The notes under the pieces: generated by a model | Told to the model about the DNA's origin: nothing | The model's database searches: none | Seen by the model: the letters and a program-made list of their open reading frames with translations, nothing else | Origin: Thermodesulfobacteriota bacterium | GTDB lineage: Bacteria > Desulfobacterota > Desulfarculia > JACQYL01 | Direction of reading: 5' to 3' | Length of the DNA stretch: 64,000 nt | Assembly (NCBI GenBank): GCA_963675595.2 | Contig: CAXXLZ010000002.1 | Location: forward strand, 448,001-512,000 | Translations under genes and position numbers: made by a program | Shown: piece after piece, positions 56,924 through 64,000 of the stretch | How the letters are laid out: each line of letters starts with the position of its first letter | Position numbering within the stretch: position 1 is the first letter of the stretch

Positions 56924-59809
56924 TCAGAACAACGCGTACTCCAATCCCACGGTGAACTTTCTGCCTTTCCGAAAACTCCTGGTCGTTACGCCGCCTTGGG
57001 TATACTCGTCCCTAGGGTCCAACAGATTTTCCGCTTCAAATCGGATGGTAAGGTCTTCGGCGAGCTTGTAGCTGAGCACATAATCCAACTGGTAGAACGG
57101 TTCTCTAAACTGGTCGGGCAGGTCGTCGGTACCCACCGCGTCGATGGTCTTTCCCTGCACATTCAGCAGCAAAAGAGACAGCAGGCCGAGTCCCTGATCG
57201 TCATATCCGATCATGAAGTTCATCAGGTATTCGGGCTGTCCCTGAAGGGGATGCTTGTTGTTGGTGACGTCCACTTCCAGGTCCGATCTGCCCTCTCCCA
57301 CTTCGGCCTCGGATTTGATGTAGGTGAAGTTGGCCCCCACGAAGAAGTTGAACAAAGCGTCGTGAATGAAACTCAGATTCTTGTTGAGTTCGAGTTCGAA
57401 GCCGTAGAGGTAGGCGCTGTCCGCGTTGATGTAGGTTCGTTCCTCCTGAACGCTCTCCACCTGCACCCGCTCGATGGGGTTGGTGAAGGTCTTGTAGAAA
57501 ACGCTGATCGATGCGATCTCATCGGGCGAAAAGAAGTGCTCCAACCGGAGATCGTAATTCTTGATATGGGCTTCCTGAAGGTCGGGATTCCCTCGTACGA
57601 TACGCTTGGTTACCGGATCAAAGAAGGGGGCCCTGGAGAGTTCCTTGAAATCGGGCCGGCACAGGGTCTCCCCGTAGGCCGCCCGGAGCTTGGTTTCGTC
57701 GTCGATGAACCAAGTACCCGAAACGGCCGGGAGGTAGTCCCGGTTGTCCAAATCCTGGTCGATTTCCGTGCCGGCGAGTTCGAACGTATCGATGTTCAGG
57801 TGTGAATCCTCGAAACGGATCCCCCCGGTAATCCCGAACGCGTCGTTGATCCGTACATCGGCCATGCCGTAGACGGCGTTGATCCGTTCCAATGCGCTGT
57901 ATTTGTCCGACGGTTGGGTGGTCTCTCGAAGTTCGAAAATCCCGGCGTCGAAGTTTTCGTCCGTCAGAATGTCCTCGAGGGACTCTTCGCTTCGGATGAT
58001 TTCGTAGGCCTTCTGCAGGTCCTTGTGGGTAAATCGGAACCGGCGTATGGTCGAGTCTCTTTTCCGAAAAGTGTGCCTGTAGCCCGTCTTGAGAGTCAGT
58101 TCTTTGACGAAGCCCGGTTCCAGAGGCAAAGAGGCGTCGGCCGAAAAATCGTGGCTGTCGTCGTCCATGTTCTTGTAGTTTCGTTCATCCTGCCCGTACC
58201 CTCCAAACAGGGCCCATTCCTGTCGATCGTCTTCAAGAAAGTAGTGGGTGATTCTCTCGTCCGGAACGAAATATCTCCCATGAGCGTAGGTGTACGACCA
58301 GTCGATTCCAAGATCGGACGCTTCCGGAAACAGATGGGTCCCGGAAATCTGCTGAACCAGGAGGGAGCGCTCCACCCAACTCAAGCTGGTTTGACGGATG
58401 TACGCGTCCTCATCGTCGACGAAACCCACGTCGTCGCGCGCCGTGTCGGAAGTGTTCCGCAGGTAGAGCGTTGTCGTGCTGAGTTTGTGATCACGGAAGA
58501 GCTCCGTTCCGAGATTGAGGAGCCCGGAGGTGACGATTTTTCTTTCCGTCCAGTTGTAGTCCCAGTCGTCCCCGACTTCCACGCCGCTGTGGCCGAGATT
58601 CAGTTTCTTAAATATCTCGTCGGTTTGCGTCATCCAGCTTTGCTTGTATTTCAGGCCCATGGTGTAACCCAGAACAACGTCTCCGTCGGCCGCGTCGAAT
58701 CGGTCGCCGATGTTGAAGCCGAGGTCCAGGTCGGGTGGGATGGTCTTCTTCTCCACGTCGTAGATGTCGGAAAAGGACTTGCCGAACTCCTTCAGCTCAT
58801 CCGCGGTGTATTTCACCGTCTGAATCTTCTCGTCGGGGATGATCTCAGGCAAAGACCGGGTGCCGTCGTCGGCTCCAAGAAAATCCAAACCGCCTCCCTC
58901 GTAGCGATAACCGTCCTTGAACGTGGTGTTCGTCTGGTAGGCCGTGGATGCGGACAACGTGGCGAAGAAGCGGTCGGGATAGGTCTTGGTTCGCAGCAGG
59001 ATGTTGCCCCCGCCGAAAGCGCCCGGAAGATCCGGCGAGTAGGATTTCTGTATGACGGCCGCTTCCAGCACGCCGGTGGGGATCAAGTCCAGTTCGATAA
59101 CGCGGCGGTTGGGGTCCGTGCCGGCCAGATTCGCTCCGTTCAACAGGACGCTGGAATAACGCTCCCCCATGCCGCGAACGTAGACGTATTTGCCTTCGGC
59201 GAGATTCAGTCCGGTCACCCTGCGCAGCGCCTGGGCGATGTCCGAATCACCCGCTCTGGACATCTCTTCCGCGCTAAGTACGTCCACCACGGAGGGTGCG
59301 GCCCGTTTTTCCTCAAGAAGTGAAGGAATACTCCCGGCAATTTGCGAGCCGGACACCACCATCACCGACATTTTGTACATGTCCGTGAGCTGTACATTCC
59401 TCACCGTTGGTCGGTCTTCGACCACGGCCACGTCCCTGATCTTCTTGGGAAGGAAGTCCATGTGACTGAAGGAAAGTTTGTAGACACCAACGGGCAAAGT
59501 AAGCTCGAATCGGCCGTCGGAGTCGCTCACGGTATCGACTTGAGCTTCTTCAACGACAATGCCGACTCCGGCAATCGGCTCATTCGTCTTGTTACAGGTG
59601 ATCCTGCCGCTTAGCGTCCCAACTGAAGCCGATGTCGATCCTTTGAAATCCGACTTGATCTTTCGAATACCCGAGGACGCTGCTCTCTTTGGTGAGGCAT
59701 CTTCCGATCCCGCATGTCCTATCGTTGGAGCGTTTGCCCATGTTAAGGCGATCAATGCAAACGTAAGACACAAGTGGAAAAACTTGTTGGTATAGAATCG
59801 TATTATCAT
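56924..59809 (-). CDS. TonB-dependent outer-membrane receptor with an N-terminal carboxypeptidase-regulatory-like domain
   Basis: Plug (ALRRVTGL...YVRGMGERYS..LNG, LDLIP, KSYSPDLPG.FGGG); barrel (RPDFKEL, GNPDL, NYDLR, NLLD); C-terminal F. Confidence 0.95.
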   Translation of the reverse strand: MIIRFYTNKFFHLCLTFALIALTWANAPTIGHAGSEDASPKRAASSGIRKIKSDFKGSTSASVGTLSGRITCNKTNEPIAGVGIVVEEAQVDTVSDSDGRFELTLPVGVYKLSFSHMDFLPKKIRDVAVVEDRPTVRNVQLTDMYKMSVMVVSGSQIAGSIPSLLEEKRAAPSVVDVLSAEEMSRAGDSDIAQALRRVTGLNLAEGKYVYVRGMGERYSSVLLNGANLAGTDPNRRVIELDLIPTGVLEAAVIQKSYSPDLPGAFGGGNILLRTKTYPDRFFATLSASTAYQTNTTFKDGYRYEGGGLDFLGADDGTRSLPEIIPDEKIQTVKYTADELKEFGKSFSDIYDVEKKTIPPDLDLGFNIGDRFDAADGDVVLGYTMGLKYKQSWMTQTDEIFKKLNLGHSGVEVGDDWDYNWTERKIVTSGLLNLGTELFRDHKLSTTTLYLRNTSDTARDDVGFVDDEDAYIRQTSLSWVERSLLVQQISGTHLFPEASDLGIDWSYTYAHGRYFVPDERITHYFLEDDRQEWALFGGYGQDERNYKNMDDDSHDFSADASLPLEPGFVKELTLKTGYRHTFRKRDSTIRRFRFTHKDLQKAYEIIRSEESLEDILTDENFDAGIFELRETTQPSDKYSALERINAVYGMADVRINDAFGITGGIRFEDSHLNIDTFELAGTEIDQDLDNRDYLPAVSGTWFIDDETKLRAAYGETLCRPDFKELSRAPFFDPVTKRIVRGNPDLQEAHIKNYDLRLEHFFSPDEIASISVFYKTFTNPIERVQVESVQEERTYINADSAYLYGFELELNKNLSFIHDALFNFFVGANFTYIKSEAEVGEGRSDLEVDVTNNKHPLQGQPEYLMNFMIGYDDQGLGLLSLLLLNVQGKTIDAVGTDDLPDQFREPFYQLDYVLSYKLAEDLTIRFEAENLLDPRDEYTQGGVTTRSFRKGRKFTVGLEYALF

Positions 59810-59998
59810 TCGGATATCTATTATCGGAATATAGCAATGAGGTTGTTTGCGGAATAAGCTAATCGACTATATGATCGATTTACGAAGATGGATCATTTGA
59901 TCGGCATGTCGTCCTATCCCAAAAATACGGAATAATTCAGCGTAACAGAACCGACAAAAAGTCGTTGAATTCCCGCTTTTGTCCCGATAGGCATCTAG

Positions 59999-60073
59999 AT
60001 GAAATCGTGATGACAGGATCGAGGTCGGATAATACGGCTTAAGAAGAAGATAAAAGTGACGAAAATATGAAAT
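59999..60073 (-). promoter_or_regulatory. Two Pho-box-like tandem repeats upstream of the TBDR operon
   Basis: Minus strand CTGTCAT-CACG-ATTTCAT (59999-60016) and ATTTCAT-ATTT-TCGTCAC (60056-60073); 11-nt period as in the PhoB consensus CTGTCAT-N4-CTGTCAY. Confidence 0.5.
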
Positions 60074-60471
60074 ATAGGTCACATGTTTATTCTTGGTCTT
60101 GGGGCAACCTTGGTAGCGGTCACTTCCGGGGAGTTTTCGGAACGGACGTCCGGAATCCGAGCCACAGACTCGTACCCGGTGCGCAGGGGCCGTGCCGGGC
60201 GTGTTTCCGCGGCAGGATCCCTCGGCGTATGGCTCGTACGAAGAACGCCGAGAGAGAGTCGGGCCGACTTTCGAAGTCCGACGCTAAGGAGAGAAAATTC
60301 GGAAAGAGACGGGAGCGTTCTTTAATCCCGGAAGTCCCTCTTACCCAAAGAAGAAATGGATTGAAGCCCGGGAATTCAGGGCGGGGAGGAGGCGGACGTG
60401 GGGCCGGAGAAGGTTCGTCCGGCATGCCCGACCCGCCTCAAAGGTAAGGTGCGCGGAGTATCGCGACGGGG

Positions 60472-60726
60472 TCAGCGGTACCGGATTCTCAAAATGAGCG
60501 CCGTGAGCACGAGCGTGAGGGTGACCGCGTTGGCCGCGATCACGGGCAAGGACCGGATGAGGATCCCGTAGACGGTCCAAAGGCTTACGCCGGTCAGAAA
60601 AATGGAAAGCATCAGGTACGAAACATCCTTGACGGATTTGGTCCTCCACATTCCGACCACTTGCGGAAGAAAGGCCGTGGTGGTCAGTGTTCCCGCCGCC
60701 ATACCTATGAAGTCGATCCAGCTCAT
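60472..60726 (-). CDS. SemiSWEET / PQ-loop (MtN3) transporter
   Basis: IGMAAGTLTTTAFLPQV, KSVKDVS, LW.VYG, PVIAAN; start ATG 60726. Confidence 0.9.
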   Translation of the reverse strand: MSWIDFIGMAAGTLTTTAFLPQVVGMWRTKSVKDVSYLMLSIFLTGVSLWTVYGILIRSLPVIAANAVTLTLVLTALILRIRYR

Positions 60727-60785
60727 GGATTTGCGCTCCCACGGGCGAATGAGGGGACCTCGTCGCCCGAGAAAAAGAACGTCCT

Positions 60786-61889
60786 TTACCGGAAGTCGTA
60801 GAACGTGTCGTCCCGGTTGAGCAGTTCCGCGCCGTTCTCCCGAATCACCACCATTTCTTCCAGGCGCACGCCGCCCCACTCGGCCAAATAGATGCCGGGC
60901 TCCACGGTGACCACCATGCCGGCTTTCAACTCCACGGGCTGGACCCGCCTCAAGCTGGGAGCCTCATGGACGGCCAGACCTACGCCATGCCCCAGTGAGT
61001 GCAGGAAGTAGTCCCCGTAGCCTCCCTCTTCGATGACTCGACGCGCCAGGGCATCCACCTCGTCCGTCGTCATGCCGGCCTTCATGTTGCGGATGGCGCT
61101 CAACTGGGCTTCGCGCACCAGTCCGTACACTTCCCGAAACTTTCCGTCGGTCCCCCCCAGACATATGGTTCGCGACATGTCGGAGCAATATTTATCTTTT
61201 TTCGCTCCGATATCAAAGATGACGGGTTCGCCTTCCCGAATTGCACGATCCGTGGGAACTGCGTGAGGGAGGGCGGCGTTGGGTCCCGAAGCCACAATGG
61301 ACTCGAACGCCGGTCCCTGGGCGCCGAGGTCCCGCATGGCGCGTTCGATGTTCAGCGCGGTTTCCATTTCCGTCATGCCCGGTTTGAGAGTCCCCACGAC
61401 CTCCCGAAAGGCGCTCTCAGTGACGCGCAGGGCTCCCACGATCCGATCCAATTCGCCTTCGGTCTTGACCTCCCTGATCGGCTCCACCAGTCCGTCGGTC
61501 TTGACCACTTCCACGCCTTTTTCCGCGAGGGCTTCGGTCAGGCGATCATAGAAGCGAACACTCAGATGCCGGCTCTCGATGCCCAGCCTTTTGGCGTTCA
61601 ACATGGTCACACCCTCTTGAAACACGGGCATCATGTCCGCCGAATAGACCATCACCCGGAAACCGGGGCATTCCCGGAGAGCCTGGGTATGGTATCTTCC
61701 GTCCGTAAGCACCAAAGCATCACGCCGTCCCACCAAGATGAACCCGCTGATCTCCATGATCATGGGGTCTTCCGCTTCAAATCCGCTCACGAAGTACCGA
61801 TTTTCGGGGATGGAAACGAGGAAGGCGTCCAAGTCCGATCCCGCCATGGCCTCACGCAGATTCTCCAACCGTTCGAAAAAAACGTTCAT
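60786..61889 (-). CDS. Xaa-Pro aminopeptidase (M24B)
   Basis: [52 protein letters not shown]. Confidence 0.94.
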   Translation of the reverse strand: MNVFFERLENLREAMAGSDLDAFLVSIPENRYFVSGFEAEDPMIMEISGFILVGRRDALVLTDGRYHTQALRECPGFRVMVYSADMMPVFQEGVTMLNAKRLGIESRHLSVRFYDRLTEALAEKGVEVVKTDGLVEPIREVKTEGELDRIVGALRVTESAFREVVGTLKPGMTEMETALNIERAMRDLGAQGPAFESIVASGPNAALPHAVPTDRAIREGEPVIFDIGAKKDKYCSDMSRTICLGGTDGKFREVYGLVREAQLSAIRNMKAGMTTDEVDALARRVIEEGGYGDYFLHSLGHGVGLAVHEAPSLRRVQPVELKAGMVVTVEPGIYLAEWGGVRLEEMVVIRENGAELLNRDDTFYDFR

Positions 61890-62046
61890 AAGAAACTCCG
61901 GTTCATGTATGTTGCATCGAGCAGTAAATCGGGACTTGCATTGCATTCGCGGCCCGAACTATGGTTTCGGCTCCACGTTGTCGAAGGAGCCCACAAGCAT
62001 TTCTCGATCCTACGGTTTTATTCTACCGTTCTCATAAAGGATTTTG

Positions 62047-62074
62047 TTGACACGATCAACAAAAGCCTTATCAT
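62047..62074 (+). promoter_or_regulatory. Putative sigma70 promoter of the his genes
   Basis: TTGACA-N16-TATCAT; overlaps ATG 62073, which suggests the true hisB start is downstream (e.g. GTG 62103). Confidence 0.4.
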
Positions 62075-62711
62075 GGAAAGTATCAACCATCAGGTACCGC
62101 TCGTGACAGAATCGCCGAATATTCCCAAAAGATATGCCGAGGTTTCCCGAAAAACACGGGAGACGGAAATCCAGGTTTCCATCCTCGTGGACGGGACCGG
62201 TTTTTCGGAAATCCGTACAGGCCTGCCTTTCATGGATCATATGTTGACCCTGACGGCCTCCCACGGTTTATTGGACTTGAAGGTCCACGCCCGCGGCGAC
62301 GTGGAAGTGGATTATCATCACACCCTCGAAGACACCGGAATCTGTCTTGGACAGGCGCTGAAACAGGCCCTGGGGGACTGTCGAGGCATCGTGCGGTACG
62401 GCCATGCCGTGGTCCCCATGGACGAGACTCTGGTGAGCGTGACGCTGGACGTCAGCAACCGATCTTATCTGGCGTTCAATTTGGCCCCCGTTCAGGGAGC
62501 CTACATGGATTTCGACGTACAGGTGATCAAGGAATTCATGCGCGCCTTTGCTTTTAACGGAGGGTTGACCCTGCACGTCAATCTGCTCTACGGGGAAAAC
62601 ACTCACCACATTTATGAAGCCTGTTTCAAGGCCTTGGGGAGGGCCCTGAGGCAGGCGGCTTCCTTTGATGATCGCAATCCGGGGATTCCCTCCACCAAGG
62701 GAGTCCTGTAG
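62073..62711 (+). CDS. hisB: Imidazoleglycerol-phosphate dehydratase
   Basis: RKTRETEI, TGLPFMDHML, DYHHTLED, PMDE, NTHHIYEACFKA, PSTKGVL; start uncertain (62073 or 62103). Confidence 0.95.
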   Translation: MESINHQVPLVTESPNIPKRYAEVSRKTRETEIQVSILVDGTGFSEIRTGLPFMDHMLTLTASHGLLDLKVHARGDVEVDYHHTLEDTGICLGQALKQALGDCRGIVRYGHAVVPMDETLVSVTLDVSNRSYLAFNLAPVQGAYMDFDVQVIKEFMRAFAFNGGLTLHVNLLYGENTHHIYEACFKALGRALRQAASFDDRNPGIPSTKGVL

Positions 62712-62861
62712 CGGCCCGTCGAAATCCGTAACCGCCGGTCGTAACGGCATGAGAGATCCCCTTCGCGCGGGGCGCTCCATGTCGGTCGAATCCGAGTCCG
62801 GGTTTCCGTCGTCGTCGACTGTTCTGGGGATCGACTCACTGAAGAAGAGAGAAGGGAACTC

Positions 62862-63560
62862 ATGTCCGCTACCAAATATCGGCAACGAATCCTGTCGGCC
62901 GTCGTCCTGATGGCCGTGCTTGCGGCCTGCGCCGCCCCGCGACTCGAGACGGAAAACCTCGATCCCATGGAGACCGTGAGTAGTTTTGCGGTGTTGCCTT
63001 ATCACGTCATCGCTCCCCCGGCCGGTGAGCAAGTGGCGCGCGCCTATTTCGGTGGGGCCACCTATCTATCCGCGCCGATTCAGGAAGGGGCTGCGCCCTA
63101 TTTGGACGACCTGCTTCGCAAACACCTCGTCGGCAAACCGGGCATCGTCTACATTACTCGTCCGGTGGGCGAAGAGATTTACAGGTCGCCGGGGCCCGAC
63201 GGCACGGCGGAAGAGCGCCGAATCTTTCTGGACAAGGTAGGCCGGACCTCGGGCGCGGACGCCATGCTGGCGGGGTTCGTGTATGCGTTCGAGGACAAGA
63301 AAGGCAGCGCTCTGGGCGTAGACCGGCCGGCATACGTAGCCTTCGATCTCTACATCATTCGATTGGCGGACGGTCGGATTCTCTGGAGAAACTCCTTCGC
63401 CCGCCGACAGAAGGATTTGACCCAAAGCATTCTCGAAGCCAAAGAGTTTTTCAAAGCCGGAGCCAAATGGCTGACGGCCGAACAACTGGCCTCTTTGGGC
63501 TTCGAGGAGATGATGAGTACCTTCCCGGTCCTGGGAAGCACGCCGGAGGCGACGCAATGA
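62862..63560 (+). CDS. Hypothetical lipoprotein (CsgG/LpoB-like alpha/beta fold possible)
   Basis: Lipobox LAAC; FAVLP, ADAMLAG, AYVAFD, DGRILW; stop overlaps the hisA start. Confidence 0.8.
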   Translation: MSATKYRQRILSAVVLMAVLAACAAPRLETENLDPMETVSSFAVLPYHVIAPPAGEQVARAYFGGATYLSAPIQEGAAPYLDDLLRKHLVGKPGIVYITRPVGEEIYRSPGPDGTAEERRIFLDKVGRTSGADAMLAGFVYAFEDKKGSALGVDRPAYVAFDLYIIRLADGRILWRNSFARRQKDLTQSILEAKEFFKAGAKWLTAEQLASLGFEEMMSTFPVLGSTPEATQ

Positions 63561-64000
63561 TCATCATTCCGGCCGTGGACATCAAGAACGGCAAATGTGT
63601 CCGCCTCTTTCAGGGCGATTTCGGAAAAGAAACGGTTTTTTCCGACCGACCGGCGGACATGGCGATACGGTGGGAACGGGAGGGTGCCGGCCGCCTCCAT
63701 GTGGTGGACCTGGACGGAGCGGTGGGCCGGAGCCCTCAAAATCGATCGGCCGTTGAAGATATTCTCAAATCGATTTCCATTCCGGTTCAACTCGGAGGCG
63801 GCGTTCGAGAACTGTCCACCATCGAGGCGTACCTGGATTTGGGGATCAACCAGGTGATTCTTGGAACCGCAGCCCAACAGAATCCCGCACTGCTGAAAGA
63901 CGCGTGCGCTCGTTTTCCCGGCCGCATCGTGGCGGGCATAGACGCCCGTAACGGAAAGGTGGCGGTTCAGGGATGGACGGAAACCACCGGGGATGATCCC
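63557..64000 (+). CDS. hisA: HisA phosphoribosylformimino-AICAR-P isomerase (runs off the window)
   Basis: Translated by hand: [57 protein letters not shown]. Confidence 0.95.
   Translation, partial: MIIIPAVDIKNGKCVRLFQGDFGKETVFSDRPADMAIRWEREGAGRLHVVDLDGAVGRSPQNRSAVEDILKSISIPVQLGGGVRELSTIEAYLDLGINQVILGTAAQQNPALLKDACARFPGRIVAGIDARNGKVAVQGWTETTGDDP

Noticed and set aside
60999-62072. Apparent 570-aa HisB fusion
   Set aside because: The N-terminal ~360 aa is the antisense shadow of the M24 peptidase; only the last ~210 aa is HisB.

Overview
Chromosomal segment of a sulfate/sulfite-reducing Desulfobacterota (deltaproteobacterial) organism. 1-14.8 kb is a reductive-type dsr supercluster: dsrTMKJO' on the minus strand, then methyltransferase-dsrABD-TPR on plus, then a convergent dsrN-dsrC-Zn-ribbon-hypothetical-HEAT-kinase-like block. 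Next come an RsbU/RsbW pair, a glutamate/2-oxoglutarate block (lipB, PEP-synthase-like ATP-grasp protein, gdh, flavoprotein, korDABC) and pncA. An acetate-utilisation/sensing locus follows (cNMP-CBS-DUF294 nucleotidyltransferase, pseudo-kinase-fused DEDDh exonuclease, receiver, CrbS-like SLC5-STAC kinase, SSS transporter, acs). It is interrupted by an IS1111-type IS110 element and two secreted proteins. The rest holds cobO, a Kef antiporter, a TonB2-type uptake cluster with Pho-box-like sites, SemiSWEET, an M24 peptidase and hisB-lipoprotein-hisA'. Best findings: (1) the IS110 bridge/seekRNA guides can be matched by eye to the element's own target and donor junctions; (2) a putative nucleotidylation writer/eraser circuit is tied to a CrbS-like sensor; (3) an unnamed ~95-aa secreted module is shared by two unrelated proteins, one apparently circularly permuted; (4) a MITE family sits precisely on stop codons; (5) uncharacterised PTM-like genes are embedded in the dsr cluster. 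No rRNA, tRNA or CRISPR array was recognised. All family assignments are from motif recognition, not database searches.
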